Below, piece by piece: positions 13,958 through 27,440 of a stretch of DNA of 64,000 nucleotides. Both the position numbers and the translations under genes were made by a program. The notes beneath the pieces are model-generated. The model did not search any database and was not told the origin of the DNA. It saw only the letters and a program-made list of their open reading frames with translations. The DNA comes from Octopus sinensis (taxonomy: Eukaryota), in contig NC_042999.1 of assembly GCF_006345805.1 (NCBI RefSeq), positions 41,106,001-41,170,000 of the forward strand. The letters are read 5' to 3'. Numbering within the stretch: the first letter of the stretch is position 1; the number at the start of each line of letters is the position of its first letter.

Positions 13958-14127
13958 GCTAGCTAGCTAGCTGCATGCCTTTCTGCCTTTCTGTCTGTTC
14001 GTCTGGTTATCTGTTTATTGTCTGTCTGTTTCTCTATCTCTCTATATATTAGCCACGATAGATATTTAATGCCCATTGTACAGTCTATCCCCTTCCCTCT
14101 GAAGCTTCTTTCCCCTCTCTCTCCCTG

Positions 14128-14286
14128 TCCTTGTTTCTCTTTTTGTATTTTTCTGTGTCCCTTTCTGTAGAAGAGCGTTGGCTCGAAACGTGAAAGACTT
14201 TTTATATTCCTGAGCGTTATACTAATACATCTATTTGTGTTGTACACCACCTGTCTTCGTCTTTTGTTTTTTTCGTAAACTCTCCC

Positions 14287-14288
<2 letters not shown>
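14128..14288 (+). mobile_element. Family C repeat; hammerhead-like motif at 14161-14196 with a GUG triplet
   Basis: cttt-CTGTAGA-a-gagc(gttg)gctc-GAAA-cg-TG-aaag, followed by the family C tail into (TA)n. Confidence 0.7.
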
Positions 14289-14317
<29 letters not shown>

Positions 14318-14695
14318 CTCTATTTATTTATTTCATTCTTAACTTCCACTTTTAATTCTCTCTGTCAGTCTGTGCTGTTTTAAGGACTTTTAACTCATCG
14401 CAATTAGTCAAGATTAAACATATATAGATATATCCATCTAAATATAATAATTATAGGTCTACCTGGTCATATATATATATATATCCATATCCAGGTCTAT
14501 CTCGTTTATCTCTCTATATATACGTATGTATGAATTTACATATTTCCTGTAGTAATCATTTTTTAGTTGTCGACGTATGTAATATGAATTGCCGGAAATC
14601 GACTGGCACCCTCCCCCAAAATTCCGGGCCTTGTGCCTAGAGTAGAAAAGAATATATATTCCAAATAACGAGATTGGTGAAATTTATAGCTTAGT

Positions 14696-14915
14696 GCGGC
14701 GAGCTGGCAGAATCGTTAACACGCAGGGCGAAATGCTTAGCGGTATTTCGTCTGCCCTACGTTCTGAGTTCAAATTCCGCCGAGGTCGACTTTGCCTTTC
14801 ATCCTTTCGGGTGGGATTAAATAAGTTCCAGTTATGCACTGGGGTCGATATAATCGACTTAATCCCTTTGTCTGTCTTCTCTATGTTTAGCCCCCTGTTG
14901 GCAAAAAAAAAAAAA
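14696..14915 (+). mobile_element. SINE family B (B1 tail), full length; a solo B2 tail lies just upstream (about 14596-14650)
   Basis: gcggcgagctggcagaatcgttaacacg...gagttcaaattccgccgaggtcgactttgcctttcatcctttcggg...tttagccccctgttggc plus A-run. Confidence 0.88.
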
Positions 14916-15650
14916 GAAGATATTTATAGCTATAATGTTTCATATGTTGCTCCTTTTACATTTCTAAAACGGTTTGAAATTTTAATTTGCAATTCTATTA
15001 TTAAGAAATTTCGCCTCGGATACACACGCACACATACCCTGCCCCACCACCATTCACGCTCTGACACAGAGCTGCATATACAAGTGCAGAATACATACCT
15101 GCAAAAACATACAAAAAGCAAAGGAGGTTGATTTAGAAACTTAAAATCACTACGGAACTATGTGATTCGCGGTTGTCACATGCATCAATGCACACATAGA
15201 GACGAACAAACACACTCATTTATTCACATTCAAATTCTCTTCCTTCCTCTCTCTCTCTCTCTCTCCCTTTCTATCTCTGTATATGTATACATAAATATAT
15301 ATATCTATAAATTTCAAAATTTAAACGGAAACACAACAAAGGCAGAAACGGAAAACACGCGCACACACACACACACACACACACAACACACACACAAAAT
15401 GGGAAAGTTATCTGGCATTTTCCTTTTGTTTTATATTTTTCACTAGATTTCAACATGTGGAAAAAAATTATATTTATATATATATATATATAAATATATA
15501 TATATTAAGGTATGTAGAAAAATACAACATGGACAAGAACGTATAACTCAAGAAGACGACACAATAAACACGGACAGGACATTCGAAACCCTCAGTCTTC
15601 AGTCAAGAACCGGATCATCGTAGTAATTTCTGATTATCTATATATATATG

Positions 15651-15695
<45 letters not shown>

Positions 15696-16045
15696 CTAGC
15701 AGTATCGGCTATAGAGAGTTATAGCCAAAAAATAGCAAAAAATGCATTAAAAATTGAAAAAAAATTATGGTAAATTTTTTTTAAATCGTTGACACATCGT
15801 AGATATTTTTAGAGAGTTACTTCCCTTATATAAAAGCGAAAAAATGCATTAAAATGGAAAAATATGATGGTAAATTTTTTTTAAATCGTAGAGACTCATC
15901 GTAGACGCGCGCTAATACCAGAAGGCTCGATATGAATCACGACTATAAGATACCCGCTTTTGGTTAAACTGCACCGCAAAATGTGGGAGTAGTTACGAAT
16001 CTAAATCGTAGGAGACAGACACACAACTTCACTCTTATATAAAGA
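15696..16045 (-). mobile_element. Non-autonomous Helitron-like element
   Basis: Reverse complement begins A|TCTTTATATAAG and ends cgatactgCTAG|T. The 3' region is homologous to 52143-52527. Confidence 0.75.
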
Positions 16046-16599
16046 TGCTTTTTTTTTCAGTCATAGAGTTAGATTTATGAAGGTCTTCAGTAGAAAATCC
16101 TTCGAATTCTGACTCGCTGCTTGATATAATGAAATTCGTATCCATTTTTTGTCAGAATTACAAATTTTGAAAACACAATAGGAACAAATTTCGGAAAAAA
16201 ATCTCCCATAATTCACGGAATTAAAATTACACTTCGATTTTTGAAGTGTTTACGAAGTATAATACGAATGTACTAAAGAGATTTACTCTGATATTCTCAT
16301 TTAAATATGAATAGGTAAATTCGGGCGGTTTGGTAACGAAAGGGTTAAACGGATGCATACATTTATTAATAACTACATATAAGTGTCGTCTGTTTATACA
16401 TAAACACTGTTTCATACTTTCAGTTTAGTCTTCCTCAAATCACTCTGTCGCTATTTACTCTCTTCCAAGAACATTTTCACTCACTCTTATCTGTTAGCTT
16501 GCCATATATTCTACTCATGTATCTATCAGCGTGATAGACAGAAACAAATATTACATCTAGTTTCACTTTATTCGTTGCACACTGTGTGTGTGCGTTTGC

Positions 16600-16827
16600 G
16601 TGTGCTGTAAACCAGACTAAGAAAAGCATTTGACATACACACCAGAATGTGAATTTTCTGTAAATTTTACTTAATTGGAGTTAAAATTTTAAAAAGTGGA
16701 CCTGGCAAAACCCGATGCATTCTACTCTTAAAAATGCTAGGTAAATTGTAATTGAAGAAATCCTATATTGTAGATTTCTATAAGTGACAAAGGGAGGCAG
16801 ATAAAATCTGCCTTTTATAATAAGAGA
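16600..16827 (-). mobile_element. Helitron-like 5' end, 3' truncated
   Basis: Reverse complement begins A|TCTCTTATTATAAAAGGCAG, similar to A|TCTCTCTATATATAAACGGCAG at 52143. Confidence 0.5.
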
Positions 16828-17006
16828 TTATTGAAGTAGATAACTGAATTATCTTATTACGGATAATTCAAATGATAACCGATACCTTGGTAGCAAAAAT
16901 CACAACAGAAAAAGCACGGTTGAAGTTACGACCATGGGGCATAAAAACCGTACCTTAGTGCGGAAATTTGAAGTTTTATATATTATTTATTATTATTTCT
17001 TCCTAC

Positions 17007-17076
<70 letters not shown>

Positions 17077-17700
17077 CTGCGTGTGCGCTACAATAAAGAC
17101 TTACTTCAGTTCTGGCCCTATTTATATATATATAAATCGTGTGAGGTCTCCGTGCAGTTACAAGCACATATTAGCACTCTTTCGGACTTCGTACCGTTAA
17201 TCCAACGGAACATCGAGGATTTAATAGCTAGAGCGGGTGCTGCAGTAGTACACCGTTGGTTCTCATTTCAGACTGGATCAACGCGAAACATAACTAGGAA
17301 TTTAAAGTGTGAGAGGAACAAAACTTGACCCACTAAGCAGTGAGTCAATAATTACACCAGCAGCGGTTACCGTAAAGAAAATAACAAATCTCCTACATCT
17401 CGTTTAATGTTGATAGAGAGCAGAAGAGGATACTGGAGACAGTTGGTGTGAAATCTTGAATCAACGGATGATGAGGCTTCTAAATAGGAAATGAATTGTT
17501 TTGTCATATGCTTATAGGTATCATTTAAGTCATAATGTCTGAAAATAGTAGATTCTGCGAAGAGACTAGTGAAATGTTTGGGCAAGTTAATGTGGCAGTT
17601 TATATGTTTAAATACATTTTAGTTTAAATATATTTTGAGAGGTAGTGTTGGTGGTTATGAAGATTTTTTCCCTGAAATGATCACAGTACACTGACGATTG

Positions 17701-17744
<44 letters not shown>

Positions 17745-17763
17745 GAGTGTACAGAATACAGAT

Positions 17764-17795
<32 letters not shown>

Positions 17796-17868
17796 ATATA
17801 TATATAACAGAGTGTACAGAATATAGATTATATATATATGTATATTTTATATATATATTTTAACAAAA

Positions 17869-17906
17869 CTGTCCGACGAACGAGAACGTGAAACTCCGAG
17901 TAACAT
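17869..17906 (+). ncRNA. Minimal hammerhead-like motif, family D (core CCGACGA)
   Basis: tgt-CCGACGA-acg(agaa)cgt-GAAA-ctc(c)gag-TA-aca. Next to a (TA)n tract; homologous to 35107-35146. Confidence 0.5.
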
Positions 17907-17944
17907 CTTTTGTTAAATTTCTGCTGCTTTTAAATAAAGTATAT

Positions 17945-18344
17945 GGAGTGGCTGAGTGGTAAGTAGCTTGCTTACCAACCGCATGGTTCCGGCTTCAGTC
18001 CCACTGCGTGGCACCTTCGGCAAGTGTCTTCTACTATAGCCTCGGGCCGACCAAAGCCTTGTGAGTAGATTTGGTAGACGGAAACTGAAAGAAGCCCGTC
18101 GTATATATGTATATATATATATGTGTGCGTGTATGTTTGTGTGTCTGTATTTGTCCCCCTAGCATTGCTTGACAACCGATGCTGGTGTGTTTATATCCCC
18201 GTCACTTAGCGGTTCGGCAAAAGAGACTGATAGAAGAAGTACTGGGCTTACAATGAATAAATCCCGGGGTCAAGTTGCTCGATTAAAGGCGGTGCTCCAG
18301 CATGGCCGCAGTCAACTGACTGAAACAAATAAAAGAGTAAAGAG
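17945..18344 (+). mobile_element. SINE family A, full length
   Basis: Head ggagtggctgagtggtaagtagcttg with B-box-like ggcttcagtccc, internal microsatellite, tail aaataaaagagtaaagag. Confidence 0.93.
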
Positions 18345-19070
18345 TATATATATATATATATATATTGCTTTTCTTTGTTTTATAATTTGAATTTTGTGCT
18401 CAGTGTAAATATATTTATGAAGCTTAACTATGTTTATATAACTTTGTATATCCATACCTGTTCGATTTGGATTTTATCAACAGCTAGTCTGGACGATGTG
18501 GGCTTTCTTTTGGATGAATTCGCAATTGAAGTTCACAGTCAAGTGAGCACGCCTGTGTGTTGTCTATCTATACTGAGCTTATCTGACACTCGGCAACTGA
18601 CCGTACACTCACACACACACACACACACATACATCAAGTGTTGGCATATATGCTTACAACGTAAAATCATCTAATAATGCTCAAATCGTTCGCAGAATTA
18701 GTTCAGACTCTGACTTTCATTGTATGAAACCATTCAGTCTATTCATTCCACCATCACACCATGAATCACCTTACTCTGTTCATTGAGAAGAGTTACTGGA
18801 CGTTCCGTGTCCGTTGCTTTTGCCCTTAGCCATAAACTCTCGTCAAAACTATCATTCTTGCAGTTTGATCATTTTTCTTTTTTCCACGTTTGGTTTAACA
18901 GACTGTCAGCCACTATAAGGATGAATGTGTAGTTTTGTAGACTTTGTATATGATGCCACTGTTGCCGCGTTCTTTTTGATCTTACTTTCTTCCAAAATGT
19001 CCCTGGTTCCATTACTGTTTCAAGCGAAGTGTCAACCAACACTGCAACTCCGAAGTCACTGTTCATCGGC

Positions 19071-19152
19071 TGTAGATTGACGCATTAATTATGGTGTAAA
19101 TTGACCATTAATTATGGTGTAGATTGACCATTAATTATGGTGTAAATCGATC
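19071..19152. repeat. 23-bp tandem repeat, about 3.5 units
   Basis: tgta(g/a)attgaccattaattatgg repeated. Confidence 0.9.
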
Positions 19153-20634
19153 ACAATTTCCTTCATAAATATGTTCAAAGTACCTGTCTTTTTCTTTTTT
19201 TTTTTTTGCTTGTTAGCAATTTCTTGTTAATTGGAACCCTTTACTCGTAACTCTTGTCACCAGTAAATGTATTTGTTAAATTTTAACTTTCTTGCTCACC
19301 TCCTACATGTTTTCTCTGCCACTTATATTACGCCATGTCCATTTTTTACCTTCCAAATGTGGTGATTAAGAAATATCGTTGGCTTGTGTTAAGGTAGTAT
19401 CCAGGTCTTTCATTTCCTCCAATTTAACTTCATGTGGCACCGGCTTGTCTATTTTCTCTTCGAATTTATCTCATCGTATACGTACAAGCACACACACACA
19501 CACGCACATTCGCACGCGTTCATATATAGACACATAAATTCCTAGAATTATCTAAAAAAATGCTTACGCGTACAGTACGCATTCATCTTTTTCTCACTGC
19601 GTATATATGCATGTGTGTACTTGTGCATAAATATATATTGTTCACATATATTCGGACGAAAGAAGTGGGTGTAAGCAGGATTATTTAATGTACATAGAAA
19701 GAATTCATTTAGTTTGAATTCGTAAGTAGAAACACCTGCATAAATCTCTTTTAAAGGCAGAATACATCTCGTTGATTTCCAAACGAAATTGCGAAGCAAG
19801 CTATTCTGTTCTTGTCATGGAAACTACCCAAAATGGTTTGTTGATATATCTATACATGCCCTAAATATTCTATATGAATAGGCATACGTATATGTAAGTA
19901 CACACCACACACACACACACACACTCACGCACATTTACACGCGCACGCACACATTTCTGCGACTCGATGACACGTTTACATATTCTCCTGTTAATGTAAC
20001 ATCGGTAGCACAATCCCAACACATAAATGTCACACATATCTACATACATCAATCTGTATACAGTTGAAATTACTGTCTTAGCTCTATTTTCATTCACTTC
20101 CAATCTGCGTGTGCACAACAATGAAAGACTTACTTCAGTTCTGGGCCTATTTCCGGTAAGCGATCTAAAGATGACGAATTTACGTGCAAGTGTTTTCTTC
20201 CGATTTAGCACTTCCCTATCAACGGATGTAATCTAGCAAAATGCATCTGGATTCACTGACTTTAGACAAATTCGATCGATAGCAACAAGGAATTATTCAA
20301 AGAACCTTTGAACTTGTACAAATAGCGAGATAGTTTTTTTTTCCTTTCTCAGTGAACAAAAATCAAACTTGTTTTGCAAAATCCTTCAGTAATCTTTATA
20401 TTCAATCTCTGCGTTGTATCCGGATACAGTGTGGGCAGGAATGAAGTCAATAATATTATATTATTTCAATAGTTACAGATTTATATTTGTAATCTCTTAT
20501 GTTAACTAACATCTGTTACATGTAAGATAATATTGATTTATATCATTGGCACAATGCCACATATTTGGAGTTAGTAGTGAATTGGATTCTATTGATAACT
20601 GCATATAACTGGTATTTAATTATTCAGTCTAAAA

Positions 20635-20974
20635 CAGTGGTTATCAACCAGGGAGCATATGGCCCCTGTGGATTCATATAAGATTTTGTGGAGGTCCATG
20701 CAACTAAGCAGTAAACTGAGGGTCAACGATACTATTTTAAGGACCCCTGTAACAATTTTGCTTTAGGTATATGTGTTGCTCTGTATTGCAAAAAACAGCT
20801 AGGTTTGTTTCTTTAACATTTTGCGTAGTTCAGCCTACACAGTATGATAAAGAGAATAGGAATTTTGAAAGAAGTATCTACAAAACTAGTTTATAAACAC
20901 AGAATGGTTATGGGGGTCCACCGGAATAAGATAACAAAGGGGCACACGGATAAAAAAAAGGTTGAGATCCCCTG
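20635..20974. mobile_element. hAT-like MITE
   Basis: Imperfect TIRs cagtggttatcaacc / ggttgagatcccctg. No clean 8-bp TSD. Confidence 0.65.
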
Positions 20975-21189
20975 TAAAGTAAATCGTACATCTATCTGAA
21001 TTCGGCATGCAAGGAGACGTAGGACACATGAAAAAAAAGACTACCGTGGAATTCTACGATTGGTGGACTGTCGTTCTATTCTTTAGTTTCAGATGATTTT
21101 GAAATACTCTTCAGTTCACTTGTTTTAGCTGTTGTTATTGTTATGTAGATTGCGATTATTAAAGGACAGAACTCACTAGTAACGTTGCT

Positions 21190-21390
21190 TCCAGAGGGCC
21201 GGACTCCCTGTTCCCATGGCATATATAATCTCCACCTGGACGTGACGTCTGTCTGTCGCAGAATTACTCATTTTTACCAGCTGAAGCGGCGTAAAATGAA
21301 GTGTTTTGTTCAACGCGTGGCCCTGTGCAGGAATCAAAACCACAATCTTAGGATCATGAGTTCAACATACTAACTACTAAGCCATGTGCC
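21190..21390 (-). mobile_element. Degenerate tRNA-derived SINE, head related to 46317-46618
   Basis: Reverse complement ggcacatggcttagtagttag...gtggttttgattcctg resembles gcacatggcctagtggttag...ggttcgaatc. Confidence 0.55.
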
Positions 21391-22626
21391 TCCAGAGGAC
21401 TCACTACTCTTTTGATAAATACTATCCTTCATCTAGGATAGGATACTGTCCATCATATGGAATTGGGCGTTTCTTCTCTAGTTCACTTTCCCCCTCTCTC
21501 TCACTCTGTCCTCTCCTCCTTTTTCCCCTTTGTTTCTCACATTTTTGTCTCTCTTTTCACTTCTGTTTATTTTTGTTTCTGATGAAAATCATGTCTGGGC
21601 CATCATGGAGAGCTAGGGATTCCTCCAAGTTGTAAAAACAAAAATATATCTCATATTACGATCTATAGTACGACGACGCACCTATGACACGATCGGAAGC
21701 TAAGGCCCTAAGACAAGGCGTGTTCAGGATGCTAATATATAGTAGTTTCTCTCGATATCCTTGTTGCTTATTCTGATTTTAATCACCACATTTTGAATTA
21801 TATGGATAATACCATACTAAATTCTAGTGCCTTTAACTTAAGTACCATATTCAACTGAATCTAAATTTTACTGAATATATATATATATATATATATGAAG
21901 TGTTGTTCTCTTGAACAAATATGAGTTCTCTTCGATGGGAAAGTCCATTATATTGCCCTAACAAAATTTCGCAAAGTATTTCATATGAAAGCCAAGAACA
22001 ATCTATTTTAAGGTTTTCATTGCTGACAAAATTTGTAATGTCATCTCATAATATTGTTGTTGTAGCCGACTATTTTAAAGCTAACCCATGTAAATATAGC
22101 TTAGTCATATTGTTTCGTCATTGCTACGAATAACTTCTAAAAAATGATTTCTATTTTGAATGCAATATTTATTCAAAATAATTACAAGTAAAGATGTTTT
22201 GTCTGAAATAATCTTGATAAATATAAGCGAAGAAAATAACTAAGAAACCGTTCCACGAACACTTTAAACTATAATTTATATAATTTCTTTCTTTACTTTT
22301 GTATTTTTTATTATATGTTTAGCCACCTTATATATATATGTATACTTTCTTTTCATTTTTATTCAGCAAATTGGTTCATGTTGATAATTGAAAATCTGTC
22401 AAAAAAGTCTTCTTTGGAAGAGATTTATAAGTCAAGACCGTTTCAGAAAATGACTTTACTTTGTTTTGTTTTTTTGTCTTTTTTTATTATTTTTTTCTCA
22501 TTTTTAAATCTTAATTAACAAAAGTACTTCAAAATGAATTTTCTAAAATCATAAAATGGATTTAACAGACAAAAGAAAATAATTGAATAACAATAATAAC
22601 ATAATTGTCTATGTGGTAAGTATAGA

Positions 22627-22779
22627 CGCAGGAGTGGCTGTGTGGTAAGTTGCTGGCTTACCATCCACATGTTCCCACTTCGTGACACTTTGGGCAAGTG
22701 TCTTCTACTATAGCCTCGGGCCGACCAAAGCCTTCTGAGTGGAATTGGTAAACGGAAGCTGAATGAAGCCCGTAGTATA

Positions 22780-22810
<31 letters not shown>

Positions 22811-22815
22811 ATGTA

Positions 22816-22851
<36 letters not shown>

Positions 22852-23044
22852 TGTATTTTCCCCCAACATCGCTTCACGGCCGATGCTGGTGTGTTTAAGT
22901 CCCCGTAACTTAGCGGTTCGGCAAAAGTGACCGATAAGATATGTACTAGGCTTACAAAGAATACATCCTGGGGTCGATTTGCTCGGCTAAAGGTGGTGCT
23001 CCAGCATGGCCGCAGTCAGATGACTGAAACAAGTAAAAGAGTAA
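22627..23044 (+). mobile_element. SINE family A, full length
   Basis: cgcaggagtggctgtgtggtaag...cagcatggccgcagtcagatgactgaaacaagtaaaagag. Confidence 0.92.
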
Positions 23045-23759
23045 TGGTGTCTACCCAGGCACAGAGGCTGTTATGTAAGTGTGTAGCGTATAGTCAAAGC
23101 ACTGACTGAGGAATCCTAAGGATATTTGTTATTATCCCCTCTGAAGTGGAGTACACAAAACACATACAAGTCGTTATAAAACAGACTTCTGATATTGTAG
23201 AAAAACAAGTTCCTATTTTGAATCGTTTGAGTAAATGCATATTTCTCACATAAGCGTAGAATATGATCTTTAGAAAATAGAATGAGTGGCGTATGTAGTT
23301 TTCCTCAGCGAGGAAAATATGAACACGTTCTAATTGATTGTAATAGGGACATACGTGATTGAATCAATTCTTTTTGGGGGGCATATTTAGAGAAAAACGA
23401 AATGAAGAAAAATAATGCGAGAAATGTTGGACTGTCACATGTGATACGAAATCATTTACTTGCAAAAGTATGTAAAATAGTTAACCTTGGTAAAATCCAG
23501 GGATTTCAGTGATTGTAAGAACACATTTTGTCATTTGAATTACGAATAACATTTACAATAATTGATTTTGACACAGATAGATGACCACAACATTGGTCTA
23601 CTTCACTGGTACTTCATGTTTTCGAAATGGGAATAATGAAATGCGAAGTTTTTCTCGGTGCGATTTGCTCTCCAGGAAGTTATGAATTGAAAATTATGCT
23701 AGAATCTAAAGACAGACGAAATACCGCCAAGAATTTTGCCCAACGTACTAGCGATTCTG

Positions 23760-24844
23760 TCATAAATAACAAGTTATGTCCCCCAAGTGATTCTGTAATC
23801 TACGAAACAAATGGTTGTCTGAAAGAGCAAGGTCGGGAGAATAAGGTGGATTTATTTTTCCCAACCAAGCTCTTCGACCTTCTGTGATGTGATCTTTGCA
23901 GTGTGGGGTCGCGTAAAAACCAGATAAGACATCACTCCTTTTCGATTCACTAAAGCGGGTCTTTTTTTCTTCAAAGCTTGGTTCAAACACTCTAATAGCT
24001 GACAGTTGACTTGAGCATTGATTGTTGCATTAGGTGGTAACAATTCAAAGTGAATTACTCCCTTACAATCCCAACAGATAGAGTAAAGAATCTTTTCCCC
24101 ATGAAGTTTCCTTCTCGGTTTTGGTTGAGCTTTTTCCCTTTTACCAAGCCACTGTTTACGACGTTTAACATTTCGATAGAAGATCCATTTTTCGTAACCA
24201 GTCACATGTCTATCCAAAAAGGGTGAAATGAATTCGCGAGAATGGCGAGAAGAGCAGATGTCAACTCGGGATTTGCTGTTGCTTTCGGATAATTCATGAG
24301 GCACCCATTTTCCAAGTTTAGGAACCTTTCCAAGTTATTGAAGATGACGATGAACAGTTGTATGGTTTGAACTAAGCTTTATTACCGATTTTTCTACTGA
24401 TATTGCAGGATTTTCTTCAAGTAATACCTCAAGGAGCTTATCATCAAGCTGAACTGGACGTCCTGTTCGATCTTCATCTTCAAGGCTGGAATCTCTACTT
24501 CTGAATTTAATTTTGCAAACCATCTTCTACAAGTTCTTTCTTTCAAGCATTCTTTCCCATAAACTGAGTGTATGTTTCGAGTTGCTTCGGCTGCAGAGTT
24601 TCCTTTTTTGTACTCATAAAACATTGTGTGCCTTAAATGATCTTTCGATATTTCCATGTTAGAAAGGGTTTTAATCAAATAAATTTTAATGCTATTATTC
24701 TGTAAAATAATATTTAATTAGTTTAAATGTACACAAATGCATAAAAAATAATTTTAAATCCCATTAGATATTCTAAAATACTATTAAATTTCATTCAATT
24801 TTAAGAAAAGTGTAAAATCGGACAGAACTTATGGGATGACCTGT
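23760..24844 (-). mobile_element. Decayed mariner (Tc1/mariner, DD34D-type) transposon
   Basis: Frameshifted transposase: N-terminal HTH (GNSAAEATRNIHSVYGKECLKERTCRRWFAK), WVPHEL-like PHEL, VTGYEKW (TGDEKW), RPHTAKIT, PPYSPDLALSD. One TIR-like end, rc TA|acaggtcatcccataagttctgtccg; the other end is missing. Confidence 0.9.
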
Positions 24845-25537
24845 TACATTACACACACACACAAATATATATGCATATATATATATATATATGTGTGTGT
24901 GTGTATGTATGTATGTTTGTATTAAAAAGGAAAAAAAGCAACGGTTTGCATATTTTCTTTATGCATTAGAGAGAAAAGATCGGTTGGCTATATGAAGACG
25001 TTATAAAGATTTGGCTGTGGGAGATGTCACTAACACGGTGTCGTTTCATGCGGTTTGTTTATCTTGAATGGCTGACACGATATAAGTGAATAATAAAACT
25101 AGTTGAAATGTGTTGATGATTTGACATGTTTCTTCACCAGTATCTTTAAAAGAGACACTCTATTATAATATCACGAAATATATTCTTGCACAAACCTACG
25201 CTAACTATTGATTTATTTATTTTTTTTGGTATGCTATATTATTGTTTCATCGTATCTGGTAGATGTTGTAAACACCTAATATGTGCTTTATCATTTTAAA
25301 TCACTCATCTTTTTATCTAGCTCGTGCCATAGACGTCAAATCTCCAGCAGATAAAACTTGTCACCAAGTCATTAAAACGACAGAGGAATATAGTGATATC
25401 AAGTTTTAACATAGAACTTCAGCAAAGAATGTGAGATGGGTAGATATATCATCCACTAGGTGCTGTTTTCTGGTTTAATCAGGAACCGAATTCGGTTCGG
25501 AAACCTGAAGTAACTTGATTCTGCTCCCTAGACTTTA

Positions 25538-25569
<32 letters not shown>

Positions 25570-25578
25570 GATAATACC

Positions 25579-25809
25579 TATTTCTTTATTACCCACAAGG
25601 GGCTAAACACAGGGTGGACAAACAAGGACAGACATAGGTATTAAGTCGATTACATCGACCCCAGTGCGTAACTGGTACTTAATTTATCGACCCCGAAAGG
25701 ATGAAAGGCAAAGTTGACCTCGGCGGAGTTTGAACTCACAACGTAACGCAGACGAAATGCCGCTAAGCATTTCGCCCGGCGTGCTAACGTTTCTGCCAGC
25801 TCGCCGCCT
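25579..25809 (-). mobile_element. SINE family B (B1 tail), full length, 7-bp TSD taatacc
   Basis: Full B sequence. taatacc at 25572-25578 and 25810-25816. Confidence 0.92.
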
Positions 25810-25892
25810 TAATACCGGACTGACTTGGTGCCTCAGTTTACCTAATTCAACTGAATCTTAATTGTTTCTTATATATATATTCTTTCTTCTAT

Positions 25893-26346
25893 TCTTTTAC
25901 TTGTTTCATTCATTAGACTGTGGCCATAATGGAACACCACCACAAAGGGTTTACTCAAAGAAATCGACCAACAGGAACCATTCTTTGTAAACCTTGTACT
26001 TATTATATCGGTATATTTTGCTGGACCGCTTTATTACGGGTACACAAAAACGCAAGCATTGGTTGTCAAGCGATGGCGGAGGGACAACCACAGACACATA
26101 CGCACACAAATACATACACACACACAGACCACACACACACACACACACACACAACACACACACACACACACACACACGCGCGCGCGCGACAGGCTTCTTT
26201 CAGGCTCTGTCAACTGAATCCACTCACAAGGCTCCAGCCGGTTCGAGGCTATAGAAGAAGAGACCTGCCCAAGGTGCCACGCAATGGCCTGAACTCGGAA
26301 CCCTGTGGTTGTGAAGAAAGCTTCTTGCTACTCATCCACACCTGCG
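25893..26346 (-). mobile_element. SINE family A, diverged full length
   Basis: cttttacttgtttcattcattagactgtggccat...cccaaggtgccacgcaatggcctgaactcggaacc. Confidence 0.85.
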
Positions 26347-26364
26347 CATATTTCTCTATCTTTC

Positions 26365-27398
26365 TCTGAGGACATATCCTTTCTGGGTCATTACTGCATT
26401 TTTTGCTAACTCTGTATAATCTTTGATTCAGAAAATAATAATGGTAGACCCTCAGCTTACTCAAGAAATGAATAGGTACGCTGTTATTTTTGTTATAAAG
26501 AGTGAGCATAGCGATTTAGAAATATCTCGATTTTTAAAAGTTGCTAGATCTTTCGTCGACAAAGTTTGTAAGGAGCTAGAGACTGAAGATCGAAACGTAT
26601 CACCAGTATCAAAGCATAAAAATCATTCTAAACGCTCTGAAATCATCAGAACACCTGAAGTTATTCAGCAAGTTCAACAGACCAATTATTACAATCCCAG
26701 AAAGTCCATGAGGTCAATTGCAAAAGATTTCCATGTGTCAGAAGGAACAGTCAGAAATGTTGTCCGTGAAGACCTCAGATATATAACAGAATTGTTAAGT
26801 GCAGATCCTTCTGAAGTTCCAAGTGTTATACATACAAAATTTCCTGCAACTGTCTTAGTTTTAGGGGTTGTCAGCAATGAAGGACGTGATGCCTCCTTAC
26901 TTCTTCCCACAAGGCCTTAGGGTTAACTCTGTCGCCTACATTGAGGTCCTGGAAATAATTATTAAGCCCTGGATAGACAATGTATGCAATGGAAGCTCAT
27001 ATGTGTTTCAGTAAGACTCTGCACTATCACACATGGCTCTAGTAACACAGGAATGGATGGCTGAAAATGTTCATAATCCCTAACATTTGGGCTGCTAATT
27101 CCCCACATCTTAATCTATTGGATTATTACATGTGGAGCATTGCTGAGAGATAGGTCAATGAATATGTCCATAACATCGAAGATTTTTTGAAAGCTGCCAT
27201 AGTCAGAGTAATGTCTAAAACGAACCAGGACCACTTGATTCGAGCATGTAGATGATTTAGATCTCATATAGAAGCAGTTGTTGAAGCTGAAGGTTTAATT
27301 TTATCATCATATTTTTTTATTAATAAACTTAATATGTGTTATTATATAGCTTTTTGTCATGAACATAAATCTATCCTCAAATATCTTACGCACCCTGT
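26365..27398 (+). mobile_element. Decayed Tc1/mariner transposon, maT/DD37D-like, internally deleted
   Basis: ORF 26423-26920 has HTH segments (NPRKSMRSIAKDFHVSEGTVRNVV) and HTKFPATVLVLGVVSNEG. Downstream broken frames read VFQ*DSALSH and WAANSPHLNLLDYYMW. Right end cttacgcaccctgt is TIR-like. Confidence 0.82.
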
Positions 27399-27402
27399 GT
27401 GC

Positions 27403-27440
<38 letters not shown>

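Noticed and set aside
15570-15612. rc ctgaagactgagggtttcgaatgtc as a hammerhead
   Set aside because: GAAU instead of GAAA and no stem I partner. It may be a repeat end but is unsupported.
18869-19470. Minus-strand frames (PMNSDFGVAVLVDTSLETVMEPGTFWKK; DKFEEKIDKPVPHEVKLEEMKD) as host exons
   Set aside because: No recognisable homology, in-frame stops nearby, and weak acceptors.
26578-26604. ga-CTGAAGA-tc-GAAA-cg-TA-tc hammerhead-like string
   Set aside because: There is no room for stem II, and it lies inside the maT-like transposase coding sequence. Treated as coincidence.
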